Part shown: positions 39,087 to 48,847 of the stretch, in pieces
Position numbering within the stretch: position 1 is the first letter of the stretch
Layout: each line of letters starts with the position of its first letter
IMG/VR virus record: IMGVR_UViG_3300008740_000001
Location: 96,001-160,000 of that record
Direction: 5' to 3' (one strand)
Length of the DNA stretch: 64,000 nucleotides
From: a virus
Lineage: Duplodnaviria; Caudoviricetes
Made by a program: the position numbers and the translations under genes
The notes under the pieces: model-generated
Told to the model about the DNA's origin: nothing
What the model saw: the letters and a program-made list of their open reading frames with translations, nothing else
Database searches by the model: none

Positions 39087-42000
39087 TGTCGCGGGGTTAT
39101 ACAGCGAAAGTACCAGCGAACTGGAGTTCCGACGTACTCGATCTTGTCAATAGTTTTGAGATCGAAGGCGCAACTATCTATTTTGATGATGCGAATAAAT
39201 TCTCGGCAGAAGACTTAGATATTATCTCTGGAGAGGCCATCGTCAAGAGTTTGTCTTATGACAGAGACTTTTCAGGCGAAGGCGATATGCCCGATGGACT
39301 ATACGAATATAAGGGCGAATCACAACGCCTAGGATCTGTGTTCAAAGATCTCGCCGGATGTATTGACGGCACTCAGAATTACTGCCTGTCGTATGAAGAT
39401 TTCGACGATATCGACAAAGATTATCTTTCTGACTGGATCGTCGATAATGTTTCCTCTGGAGATGATGCTTTACCTTTATCAAACGTCAAATCTGGAGATG
39501 ATATCTTTAAAAACACTTGGGGGAATGACCCCGACTATAAGATGTCCGAAAGATATAGCTGGTCTAAGACGCGCTGTGGAAGTATTACCTCTAGTGGCCG
39601 CGCCAGCGCAATGTCATCTAATACTGCCAAACTTCCGATGACATCCGGCGGTGTACAAGGCTCTTCCACCGCCCCCTCTATGCGTGAATATTCGGATCAG
39701 CTATTCGCAGATTCTCGATTCCTCTCACAGCGCATGCAATACATTTCGAAGGCCGTTACCGCATATGAAGAATTAGAGGATCTTGACGATGAAGCCGTAG
39801 AGGAGGGTATGGACCGCCTCGCGGAGTTGCAGGAGAAGGAAGAAGACGGCGATCTCACCCCCGAAGAAGCGGAAGAACTGGCGCGACTCCAAGGCGCGAT
39901 GACGCCATCCAACTTGAGCGATAGAGCTGATCAGCAGGCCGCAGTGGCCGCATTGGAAGAAAGTGGAGAGGCCGGCTCATATGCTGCAGCTATGCGAGCT
40001 ATGGAACAGTGTTTTATGATAAAGGATATTGTGACGATGGCTCAGGCGAACGTTCAAAGGAGTAGGGAAGGAAAAACTCAGTATCGTGTCGCAGACGGGC
40101 CGGCAGCACACATGGTACACGGAGAGATGGGCCAAACAGTTTCAAAATTAATGTTCGACCCGGCCTATTCTGCTTATTATTTTATGCCACCGAGCAAGTT
40201 GTCGTACTTGACCCCTTCAATAAAACTGTATCAAGTTTTGCATGAGGCAAACGCATCCGGGCCATCGCCCGAGACATCAGACTTGAATCCGCCGGTAGAC
40301 TTCCAAATACCATTCTTTCAACACATGACCCAGTATTCGATAGATCAGATCATGAACGGAGAAGAGGGTCGCGGCGGCATCATCGGCTTAAAGAGTTTTG
40401 ATTGGGTCTATCAGGGCTCAAATCCGGCTTCCTCTAGAAGAGATATTAAGGCGACCTTGATATTGGAGTGTCAATCGTTTGGGGAATTGGTTAGGGAAAG
40501 GACCGTAACCCTCCAAGGGCCAAACGGCGAGTTTACTCATCATTGGACCTATGCTGATTTGGCAATTCGAAGAAACCGCGACCACAGACAGGCACCCGAT
40601 GTGATATATCAGCAAACAAAAGTGGTAGTTGGTTGGGGTTTGGACGACGCGTCTGAAGAAATTAACACTCTTGGGTTTACAGAAGACGAGATCCGGGCAG
40701 TTAAGAACTCTCAAATGACAATGTTTTTGACATTAATTGATCACGGGTTTGATATCAGAGAGGATGGCACAGTAGAGATGAAAATTGAATATCGGGCCTA
40801 CATCGAAGGGGCGTTTACTTCACCGGAAGCCAATGTGTTGATTACAGATGATTTGTTAGAAAAACAGGCCGAACGAAAACGCTTGTTAGGTGAGATGCAG
40901 GCAGATATTAATGATCCGAACGGAAGATGTAGAACTGCAGATTTGCAGGAGTTAAAAAGAAGGTTTACTAATCAGATACATGAAGAGAAGGAGCAAGCAC
41001 ATCTTTCTCTCTTGAAGGGTCTAGAAGACGAAAATAGCATCTTTATTCGGACTATTGATATTGTAGAAATGATGCAATTTATGCAAAATCCTTTCGCGGG
41101 CTCTTCCGGGGCTAACGCTCAAACAGGAGCCAGCGGCAACCCTTCTGTTTCGGGGAACTCATCAGCCGACCAACTTAGGACAGCGGATGGAGTTGTCGCA
41201 GATTTGGAGTCTAAATTTAATTTTCCAGATCAAGCAGCCCACGGCAGTGCCGAAAGCCAAAGCACAAATGAGTTGTTGGAAAACGTATATACAGAAGAGG
41301 TCGACGGCGAATTTCAGGTACCTTACTTTTTCCTAGGAGATCTAATTCACGTTGCGCTTAAGAATATTTCCAAATCAGACACGGCGGATCCAAAGAAATT
41401 TAAAAATATGCGTTTATTGTTAGGGGCCCTCGAAATTAATGATTTTGAAAACTCAGATGTTAAGTATCAGATTAATATAGCGGACGTGCCCATTGCGGTT
41501 ACATATTTTTTGGAATGGTTCATGAACAGAATTCAAAAAAAGCAAGAAGTTGTTTGGTACCTTATGGACTTCATCAAAGATGTCATCAAAAATATGATTT
41601 ACAAAGTGCTTAATTCAGATGAGTGCTTCGCCGGCGCCGTAAGGCAAAAAGCCAACTTTCAGAACATCTATCTCGTGGGCAAAGGCAACGGTGGCGTTGA
41701 TAAGATACAGGAACTAATTGATACGCCCGCAGGCGCCGATACTGGCCTATATAAGCGTTTGTTCGTAGATGATGTGTCTAGCGACCAGTCGCCTATTTTA
41801 GAAGTTGACAAGTCGGACGAACAGATCGACGCCGCCGACATGTTTCACTACGTGCTCTTATACGCAGCAGATCCTACCCCGAGAAACCTGAATGGAAATT
41901 TCAGCGAAGATGTGGAAAAGGGTGTATATCATTTTCATATTGGTACCAACAAGGGTCTTGTCAAAAGGATCAAGTTTACTAAGACGGATCAGCCCGGCTT

Positions 42001-42415
42001 GAGAGAGGCGAGATACTTCAGTCAAGGTTATGACGGCTTATCACAATTGAGAGAGCCGTACAAGATAGATATTGAAATGTATGGTAATGCGAGAATCTTC
42101 CCGGGGCAGACAATTTACGTAGATCCGCAGGGATTGGGTTTTAATTTAGGCAGCCCTGCCAACGAGGGCTCAATGGCTTGGACGCTGGGTTTGGGCGGTT
42201 ATCACATGGTTATCAATGTTCAGCACACAATCGCCCGTGGAATATTTGATACTAGGGTTAATGCAGTGTGGGTGCTCCGAGGCGGCATGGGCGGAGAATC
42301 AACAGAGGCCGATGGTACCGAAACCCCGGCGCGCAATACATCAGCCTGTCAGGTCTTGAACAATTCGGGACTTCCGGCGAGCGGGTATGACCCAAGTAGC
42401 GAGGGAGGAGGGTAG
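39086..42415 (+). CDS. Baseplate hub protein (gp27/GpD-like), 1109 aa
   Basis: C-terminal IEMYGNARIFPGQTIYVD and GGY.V..V.H.I motifs typical of hub proteins; synteny. Confidence 0.6.
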   Translation: MSRGYTAKVPANWSSDVLDLVNSFEIEGATIYFDDANKFSAEDLDIISGEAIVKSLSYDRDFSGEGDMPDGLYEYKGESQRLGSVFKDLAGCIDGTQNYCLSYEDFDDIDKDYLSDWIVDNVSSGDDALPLSNVKSGDDIFKNTWGNDPDYKMSERYSWSKTRCGSITSSGRASAMSSNTAKLPMTSGGVQGSSTAPSMREYSDQLFADSRFLSQRMQYISKAVTAYEELEDLDDEAVEEGMDRLAELQEKEEDGDLTPEEAEELARLQGAMTPSNLSDRADQQAAVAALEESGEAGSYAAAMRAMEQCFMIKDIVTMAQANVQRSREGKTQYRVADGPAAHMVHGEMGQTVSKLMFDPAYSAYYFMPPSKLSYLTPSIKLYQVLHEANASGPSPETSDLNPPVDFQIPFFQHMTQYSIDQIMNGEEGRGGIIGLKSFDWVYQGSNPASSRRDIKATLILECQSFGELVRERTVTLQGPNGEFTHHWTYADLAIRRNRDHRQAPDVIYQQTKVVVGWGLDDASEEINTLGFTEDEIRAVKNSQMTMFLTLIDHGFDIREDGTVEMKIEYRAYIEGAFTSPEANVLITDDLLEKQAERKRLLGEMQADINDPNGRCRTADLQELKRRFTNQIHEEKEQAHLSLLKGLEDENSIFIRTIDIVEMMQFMQNPFAGSSGANAQTGASGNPSVSGNSSADQLRTADGVVADLESKFNFPDQAAHGSAESQSTNELLENVYTEEVDGEFQVPYFFLGDLIHVALKNISKSDTADPKKFKNMRLLLGALEINDFENSDVKYQINIADVPIAVTYFLEWFMNRIQKKQEVVWYLMDFIKDVIKNMIYKVLNSDECFAGAVRQKANFQNIYLVGKGNGGVDKIQELIDTPAGADTGLYKRLFVDDVSSDQSPILEVDKSDEQIDAADMFHYVLLYAADPTPRNLNGNFSEDVEKGVYHFHIGTNKGLVKRIKFTKTDQPGLREARYFSQGYDGLSQLREPYKIDIEMYGNARIFPGQTIYVDPQGLGFNLGSPANEGSMAWTLGLGGYHMVINVQHTIARGIFDTRVNAVWVLRGGMGGESTEADGTETPARNTSACQVLNNSGLPASGYDPSSEGGG

Positions 42416-43693
42416 ATGAAAGCAACTGACAAAAATATGATGCGCGGCAAAAACGACTTGTCATCGGATCTTATTTACTATTATCGGCTTTTGTACTCTG
42501 TTGTTCATAGTGTTGGTTCTCCGTATAAAAAGATTGGCAAAAGCGTCAGAAACTTTGAAAACGGAGAAAGAGTAATGTATGGGCGAGTTGACAGGGAGTA
42601 TGTTGCCATTTTGCCAAAAGAAGAACTGCTAGTGGCTCCCTCGGGCCAGACAGGCACGCAATTAGTTAGGGTAATGCCCTTCGTAGCAGATGCATTTGAG
42701 GATTTTCAAAAGGCATTTCAGTCAGCACTGTACGCCAAAAAGATAAGTGGCAATGACGCTTTTTTGTCGACGCCAATGCCAAAGAAGGGGTACATGTCCC
42801 CTACTCAACAATATAAAGAATATCGTCGTGCCATGTTTAAGATATTTATAAAATACTTAGACGCCTTAGACTGCCACAAGAAGATAACAGATTTTGAGAG
42901 CTTTCAGATTTACTTTATGGACTTTGTTAGAAACACAACTGCCCGGGCCCCTTTTACCATAGAAGGGTTTCAAAGAAGCCACCTTGCACACCCGCACATG
43001 TCTGGACTTGTAATAGACTTAGCAGACACGCTAGATCCGGCAGACGACAAGGCAAAAGTTGAAAAGATTTTTGAAAGCCCCAATTACAGATTTTATGAAA
43101 ACGCCGCAATGCAGTTTGGGTTTTCTATTGACAAAAACTGTCCTTGGAGACTGGTTGCAGATTTGGGTAGCCCCGTTATGCTCACATACATGGAAAATAG
43201 AGGATTTTCTTCAGTTGACAGGGTATTAAGAAAGTGTTATGATAAGGCTTATATGAGCGGGTACAATATATTCAAAACTATGTTAGAAATGTATTATAAT
43301 AGTTATATCGATCTCAAGAAGCGAGTAGTCTTTCCGAAGCGTAACTCGAAAGGGGACTATATTAGTGCCTCACTAAAGAGGAGCCAAACTAGTCTTGCTG
43401 ATTTATCTTTTGAATATGGCGAATCATACTTTTTAGAAAAATATATCACCATTAGAAATTTAGAAGAAGGGGGAATGTTTAGTGAGCAGAAAGTGCAGCT
43501 TATGCTGAGTCGCTCGTTAGAGATGATCCAAATAAGCGGTACAGAGTCGGCATTAAAGTACATCAATGAACAACTTTCTGATACCACCAATCGCTCTGGC
43601 TCGCTTGCACAGCGGAAACACAGAAGAAAAAAGAAAAAAGAAGAAGAAAAAGCCTTGCAATCTCAACCAAAACCGGGTACAATGAAATACTAG
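42416..43693 (+). CDS. Hypothetical protein
   Basis: 425-aa ORF abutting hub gene; no motif recognised. Confidence 0.7.
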   Translation: MKATDKNMMRGKNDLSSDLIYYYRLLYSVVHSVGSPYKKIGKSVRNFENGERVMYGRVDREYVAILPKEELLVAPSGQTGTQLVRVMPFVADAFEDFQKAFQSALYAKKISGNDAFLSTPMPKKGYMSPTQQYKEYRRAMFKIFIKYLDALDCHKKITDFESFQIYFMDFVRNTTARAPFTIEGFQRSHLAHPHMSGLVIDLADTLDPADDKAKVEKIFESPNYRFYENAAMQFGFSIDKNCPWRLVADLGSPVMLTYMENRGFSSVDRVLRKCYDKAYMSGYNIFKTMLEMYYNSYIDLKKRVVFPKRNSKGDYISASLKRSQTSLADLSFEYGESYFLEKYITIRNLEEGGMFSEQKVQLMLSRSLEMIQISGTESALKYINEQLSDTTNRSGSLAQRKHRRKKKKEEEKALQSQPKPGTMKY

Positions 43694-43704
43694 GTAGGTG
43701 TTCT

Positions 43705-44889
43705 TTGCTGTTTCAAGCACTAGATAACAAAAATGAATGTATTGGCGTATATGCCAACGGGGAGTTGATCTATGAACTCCCAGAGAATCTGACAAAAACG
43801 TGGGGATATTCCTCATTTCTTTCGGAACGAGAAATTGAATATGCTAGCCTATATTGCATGGGCAAGGACATATCAGAAGTGTGTCCCGAAGGATTAAGAG
43901 AGGAGTGGGCTTTGTCTTCTGAACGCATGCGCGCTTATCTGAAATCCTTTACAATTGCAAAGATATCCCTAGACGACAATTGTTTTTTCGACCTGATCCC
44001 GAAACGTCATTTAATGGAATTGTGCGAAGTTAAGAATAAGATAGCAGAGCATGTTTTCCAGACATATGAGAGGCCAAGGAATTATGAACATCTCTTGGCA
44101 GTCACGAAACTTGTGGAAGACATCGCGCAACAGCCGTTGAAAGTAAACTCCGCGAACATAAAACACCTCAGAGCCAGCTTGCAGGCTCGAAATTTTTTAA
44201 AGAAAATTCAACGATCATCGTCGTATTGTAAATATGTCGTCGACGGAACTAAAACCGGCAGGTTGACCGTAAGGCCAAACAGCTTTCCTATTTTGACAAT
44301 GAATAAAGATTTTCGCTCTGTCCTAGAGCCTCAAAATGATTGGTTTGTCGAATTAGATTACAATGCCGCCGAATTGCGAGTATTGTTGGCCTTGCTTGAA
44401 AAGGAACAGCCAAAAGGCGATATCCACAAGTGGAACTTGGAAAATGTGTTCAAAGGAATGAATACCAGATCTGGGGCGAAAAAGAGGGCCTTTGCTTGGC
44501 TGTATAACCCAAATTCAGAAGATACGCTTATGGATCACTTCTACGAAAGAAACGTGGTTGTGGATAAATTTTGGGACGGCTCTAACGTAAACACCTGTTT
44601 TGGCAGAACTATTCCGGCTGACTCCTTTCACGCACTAAACTATATTGTCCAAAGCACCTGTGCGGATATGGTCTTGGAGCAAGCATGCAAAATACATCGA
44701 TTGCTGGCTCATAAACGCTCCTCAATCGCGTTTGTGGTTCACGACAGTATAGTGCTCGACTTTGCGGACGAAGACCGTCAGACGCTAGCTGAGCTTGTTA
44801 GTGAATATTCCACTACAAGGTTAGGTCAGTTCATGGTAAACTTGAACGCAGGAAAAAACTTTGGCAACCTTAAACCATTGAGGACGTAA
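43705..44889 (+). CDS. Minimal family A DNA polymerase (polymerase domain only)
   Basis: TKTGRL, motif A LDYNAAELRVL, DIH, motif B RSGAKKRAFAWLY, ALNYIVQST.ADM, motif C VHDSIV; only 394 aa. Confidence 0.85.
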   Translation: MLFQALDNKNECIGVYANGELIYELPENLTKTWGYSSFLSEREIEYASLYCMGKDISEVCPEGLREEWALSSERMRAYLKSFTIAKISLDDNCFFDLIPKRHLMELCEVKNKIAEHVFQTYERPRNYEHLLAVTKLVEDIAQQPLKVNSANIKHLRASLQARNFLKKIQRSSSYCKYVVDGTKTGRLTVRPNSFPILTMNKDFRSVLEPQNDWFVELDYNAAELRVLLALLEKEQPKGDIHKWNLENVFKGMNTRSGAKKRAFAWLYNPNSEDTLMDHFYERNVVVDKFWDGSNVNTCFGRTIPADSFHALNYIVQSTCADMVLEQACKIHRLLAHKRSSIAFVVHDSIVLDFADEDRQTLAELVSEYSTTRLGQFMVNLNAGKNFGNLKPLRT

Positions 44890-45735
44890 ATGGATAAAAT
44901 CATCGGCCTAGGCGCCGCCGGCTGCAATGTGGTCAAAGAATTTCAGAAATTCCCACAATATACTGGATATCAGCTTGACGTTGGCCTTAAAGGTCTAAAG
45001 AAAAATGGAATATATTCTATAGAACCGCAGGAAACCCCAGAAGCATACGAATCTGGTTGTCCTTCTGTTAAAAATTTTCTGAAAGAGGCGAAGCCTACAG
45101 TAAAGTTCGTACTTGCTGGATCTGGCAAAATTGCAGGTGCGACACTTTCAATTTTAGAGCAAATCAAGGATAGAGATATCCACGTTTTGTTTGTGAAGTC
45201 TGACGAGCGGCGCCTGAGTGAACACGCACGGCTTACTGAACGTGCAACTTTTGGAATCTTGCAGGAATACGCCAGATCGGGGCTTTTGGGCTCTATTGAA
45301 CTTGTTAGCAACAAAGCGGTCAGTGGTATTTTGGGGAAAGTTCCGGTTATGGGATATTATCCAGCGATTAACGAACTAATGATCAACACCATGCACATGA
45401 TTAACGTATTTGACAACTCAACTCCTATTATATCGGACTTTTCCCCGGTTTCAGAGATTAATAGAATTGCAACGTATGGGGTCTGCCCGTTCGAAGAAAA
45501 AAATAAAGAAAATTTGTTTTTTCCACTTGACAACGTTCGACAAATGAGGTATTATTTTGCTATAAATCAAAAACAATTAGAAGAAGACACAGAATTAAAC
45601 TATAAAATTAATGAGTTTTTGGACGACTCACAAGAAGAAGAAATCGACACTTCATACGGAATTTATTCTACAAATTATGAACAAAATTTTGTATACTATA
45701 AACTATACACTAACGCAATACAGGAGTACAAATGA
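44890..45735 (+). CDS. Divergent tubulin/FtsZ-family protein (PhuZ/TubZ-like)
   Basis: N-terminal IIGLGAAGCNVV (FtsZ T1 loop), degenerate T4 loop AGSGKIAG, LVSN; about 280 aa. Confidence 0.7.
   Translation: MDKIIGLGAAGCNVVKEFQKFPQYTGYQLDVGLKGLKKNGIYSIEPQETPEAYESGCPSVKNFLKEAKPTVKFVLAGSGKIAGATLSILEQIKDRDIHVLFVKSDERRLSEHARLTERATFGILQEYARSGLLGSIELVSNKAVSGILGKVPVMGYYPAINELMINTMHMINVFDNSTPIISDFSPVSEINRIATYGVCPFEEKNKENLFFPLDNVRQMRYYFAINQKQLEEDTELNYKINEFLDDSQEEEIDTSYGIYSTNYEQNFVYYKLYTNAIQEYK
45527..45555 (+). promoter_or_regulatory. sigma70-type promoter inside tubulin gene
   Basis: TTGACA-N17-TATTAT. Confidence 0.55.
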
Positions 45736-46016
45736 AAGCGTATACGGGAACTTTTACCAAGGTGGATGGTAGCAAACGAACAATGAATTTTGTTCGCTTG
45801 ACAGACTTGCCAGACAGCTTCCTCGCCGCGCAAATTAAGGGGCGAAATCTCTCAGAAACACGAATTCGAGCCAAGGCTAGGATGGTTGCTGAGGGGAAGG
45901 AGACTGTATGGGATCTAGAGAAGAACACGTTTCGTATTTTTAACTGGAAAACGACCACCGGTGAGGTTACAGAAATCGAGATCGAAAATAAAAACTTTTT
46001 TGAAAATAATACTTGA
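45732..46016 (+). CDS. Small SH3/WYL-like phage protein (DUF2693-like)
   Basis: F.K.DGS.R.M and VWDLEK..FR.F motifs. Confidence 0.55.
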   Translation: MKAYTGTFTKVDGSKRTMNFVRLTDLPDSFLAAQIKGRNLSETRIRAKARMVAEGKETVWDLEKNTFRIFNWKTTTGEVTEIEIENKNFFENNT

Positions 46017-46041
46017 CTTTTATATAAAGCGGTGTTATATT
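46013..46041 (+). promoter_or_regulatory. sigma70-type promoter for SSB
   Basis: TTGACT-N17-TATATT with extended -10 TG. Confidence 0.8.
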
Positions 46042-46107
46042 TAATAACAGAGGATCGGAATATTTGCCGATTCTACTATAGCCAAGAGCAAAAAGGAGAA
46101 AAGACTA

Positions 46108-46848
46108 ATGGCAATTGATATGAAGGCTATGCGCGCCAAGTTAAGCGCACTCAAGAACGGGGGTCAGAGGAACACTTTCTGGCGCCCACAGGATGGGGAT
46201 CAGACGATCCGCATTGTTACCCCGGAAGACGGAGATCCCTTTAAGGACTACTTCTTCCACTATAACGTGGGCAACAATAGTGGGTTTTTGTGCCCAAAGA
46301 GAAACTACGGAGATGACTGCGCAGTTTGCAACTTTGTTCGTGCCCTTTATGATGAAGGCACGGAGGAATCTGTAAAGATGGCAAAGTCCCTCACAGCCCG
46401 TCAGCGTTTCTTCAGTCCCGTCGTTGTACGTGGCGAGGAGAAGGAAGGGGTCCGCATTTGGGGTTATGGCAAGACCGCATATGAGACTCTTCTGAATCTG
46501 GTCCTTAACCCAGATTACGGTGATATCACCGATGTTGATGAGGGCACAGATCTTTCCGTTAACTACGGAAAGCCCGCCGGAGCTTCGTTCCCGCAAACGA
46601 AGATCCAACCTCGCCGTCGCACTAGTGCACTTGCGGATTCACCAGAGTTCGTGGCTGAGTTACTCAGCAATATTCCTGAGTTTGAAAGTCTCTTTGAAAA
46701 GAAGAGCACACAGGATGTTGAAGGACTCCTAGACGCTTTTTTGTCTGACGATGAAGATGTTGAAGAGCGCTCTAGTGAAACTGTTCGCTACACTTCAAAG
46801 AGTGAAACCTCAAGTGTTGATGAAGCGTTTGACTCGCTTCTAGCTTAA
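46108..46848 (+). CDS. Single-stranded DNA-binding protein (T4 gp32-like)
   Basis: FWRP, H...C...C..C Zn ligands, RFFSPV, IWGYGK, acidic C-terminal tail ending FDSLLA. Confidence 0.88.
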   Translation: MAIDMKAMRAKLSALKNGGQRNTFWRPQDGDQTIRIVTPEDGDPFKDYFFHYNVGNNSGFLCPKRNYGDDCAVCNFVRALYDEGTEESVKMAKSLTARQRFFSPVVVRGEEKEGVRIWGYGKTAYETLLNLVLNPDYGDITDVDEGTDLSVNYGKPAGASFPQTKIQPRRRTSALADSPEFVAELLSNIPEFESLFEKKSTQDVEGLLDAFLSDDEDVEERSSETVRYTSKSETSSVDEAFDSLLA

Positions 46849-46928
46849 CGACAGCGCCCACAGGGAGGCACAGGGTTATCAGGTGCCTCACCCTTTATAG
46901 TAAATAGTATTGTAATTACCAATTTTAT

Positions 46929-47004
<76 letters not shown>

Positions 47005-47026
47005 TTTTTTTAAGGCCGGAGATAAC

Positions 47027-47308
47027 ATGTTTAAGAAAATCGCAATTTTGATTATGCTCACCCTCACCGCCAGCAGTACTGCTATGGCTGCCGGGTTTGA
47101 AGCCGACACAAAGTTAACACGCGCTGAGGCAGTCAGTGGCTTGCACTTGCACCATCATCATCCACCTCCACCAAAGCCTCGTCCACATCGAGCACCGCCA
47201 CCGAAATACGTGGCACCAGTGGTTACTGCCGCAGTCGTCTTGGCTGTGGGAGCAATTATCCTTGTGGATTCGCTCAATCACCACCCAACACACGCTCACG
47301 TACATTAG
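47027..47308 (+). CDS. Exported His/Pro-rich small membrane protein
   Basis: Signal peptide (AMA), HLHHHHPPPP tract, C-terminal TM helix. Confidence 0.65.
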   Translation: MFKKIAILIMLTLTASSTAMAAGFEADTKLTRAEAVSGLHLHHHHPPPPKPRPHRAPPPKYVAPVVTAAVVLAVGAIILVDSLNHHPTHAHVH

Positions 47309-47311
47309 GAA

Positions 47312-48439
47312 ATGCTTAGAATGGCGAAAAGAAAGAAGAGTGGCGCCGGCAAGATGTCTATTGCCGATATGCGTTCAATTATCAACAAAAAGGCTGGAAT
47401 GGAAGTCGCCCACAGCCTAGCCGGTGAGAATCCAACCGAAGTAAAAGATTGGATTCCCACCGGTTCTCGTTGGCTGGATTCAATTATTGCCCGGGGCAAA
47501 CGAGCCGGGATCCCCGTAGGCAAGGTCACGGAGATCGCAGGTCTCGAAGCTTCTGGCAAGTCTTTCTTGGCTGCACAAGTTGCCGCCAACGCGCAGAAGA
47601 TGGGCATCGACGTAATCTATTTTGATTCTGAGTCTGCCATCGACCCAATGTTTTTGACACGGGCAGGGTGTGATATTAATGATCTTCTATATGTTCAAGC
47701 CTCTTCTGTTGAGTTTGTTCTGGAGACTATCGAAGATTTGCTGGCCAATAATGAGAACAGGATGCTTTTCATCTGGGACTCTCTAGCACTGACGCCGGCT
47801 ATATCGGACGTTGAAGGCGACTTTAACCCACAATCTTCTATGGCTATGAAGGCGCGCATTCTCGCCAAGGGCATGAGTAAACTAACAGTTCCGATTGCCA
47901 ACTCGCAGTCGACGTTTTTGGTCCTGAATCAGCTTAAGTCTAATATTACGCGCTCACCATCTGAAGCCCTTGTTACGCCTTATATGACACCGGGCGGCAA
48001 GGCTATGATTTACGCCTATTCGCTTCGGATTTGGCTAACTCGCCGGAAGGCAAAAGCCAGCTTTATTACAGACGACAAGGGGTTCCGCATCGGTTCAGAA
48101 GTAAAGGTAAAGTTGGAGAAATCACGCTTTGGAACACAGGGCCGTCAGTGCAACTTCAAAATTTTGTGGGGCACGGAAGATGTTGGTGTGCAAGACCGGG
48201 AATCATGGTTTGAAGCCATCAAGGGATCAGAACATATCAAGCAGGCCGGCGCATGGTTTACACTAATGTACGCTGACGGCACCGAAGAACGTTTTCAGGC
48301 GTCAAAGTGGGCGAAAAAGCTAGAAAATGAGAAGTTCCTTGCTAGGGTAGAAGAGCTTATGGATATCGAAGTTGTGAGAAAATTCGATGCACGCGAAGGC
48401 ACTGCCGAAGAATTTTACGGGGAAAAAGAAGAAAATTAA
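47312..48439 (+). CDS. recA: RecA/UvsX recombinase
   Basis: IPTGS..LD, EIAGLEASGKS Walker A, DSE, WDS, NQL, TPGGKA, KSRF motifs (start may be 47321). Confidence 0.95.
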   Translation: MLRMAKRKKSGAGKMSIADMRSIINKKAGMEVAHSLAGENPTEVKDWIPTGSRWLDSIIARGKRAGIPVGKVTEIAGLEASGKSFLAAQVAANAQKMGIDVIYFDSESAIDPMFLTRAGCDINDLLYVQASSVEFVLETIEDLLANNENRMLFIWDSLALTPAISDVEGDFNPQSSMAMKARILAKGMSKLTVPIANSQSTFLVLNQLKSNITRSPSEALVTPYMTPGGKAMIYAYSLRIWLTRRKAKASFITDDKGFRIGSEVKVKLEKSRFGTQGRQCNFKILWGTEDVGVQDRESWFEAIKGSEHIKQAGAWFTLMYADGTEERFQASKWAKKLENEKFLARVEELMDIEVVRKFDAREGTAEEFYGEKEEN

Positions 48440-48448
48440 AAAAAACAC

Positions 48449-48477
48449 TTGACTACTTATTGCAAAAGTGTTATATT
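48449..48477 (+). promoter_or_regulatory. sigma70-type promoter
   Basis: TTGACT-N17-TATATT with extended -10 TG. Confidence 0.8.
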
Positions 48478-48498
48478 ATTAATACAAAAGGAGAAAAA

Positions 48499-48834
48499 AT
48501 GAGATTTTCATTAGTAGCACTGCTTGCGCTCCTAACTAGCGGCTGCGCAGCGCATGCCCATCGACCCGTTTCTACGGTATATGTGGCAACCCCGCCTCCC
48601 ACAACGAAGGTTGTGTATGTGGCGCCATCCCCGACAATCCGATACCACTACGTGTATACAAACAGTACTTGGGTCCGTCGCACAGGCGCACCACCTGCAG
48701 GATCGCGGTATCATGCTCATCCAAGGCACAGTCACAGTGTGATTGTTCACCGTTCAACCAGCCCTAGGGCTAGCCATGGACACCAACCTCGTGCAAAGAG
48801 CACAACGAAGGTTGTCCGCCGCTCTACACGATAA
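48499..48834 (+). CDS. Putative lipoprotein, Pro/His/Arg-rich
   Basis: MRFSLVALLALLTSGC lipobox-like signal; SD AAGGAG. Confidence 0.65.
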   Translation: MRFSLVALLALLTSGCAAHAHRPVSTVYVATPPPTTKVVYVAPSPTIRYHYVYTNSTWVRRTGAPPAGSRYHAHPRHSHSVIVHRSTSPRASHGHQPRAKSTTKVVRRSTR

Positions 48835-48847
48835 CCAAGAGGTGTAT

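Noticed and set aside
44890-45735. Phage nucleus (chimallin) system
   Set aside because: Only a tubulin-like gene is present; no ChmA-like or multisubunit RNAP genes were recognised in the window, so a nucleus cannot be claimed.
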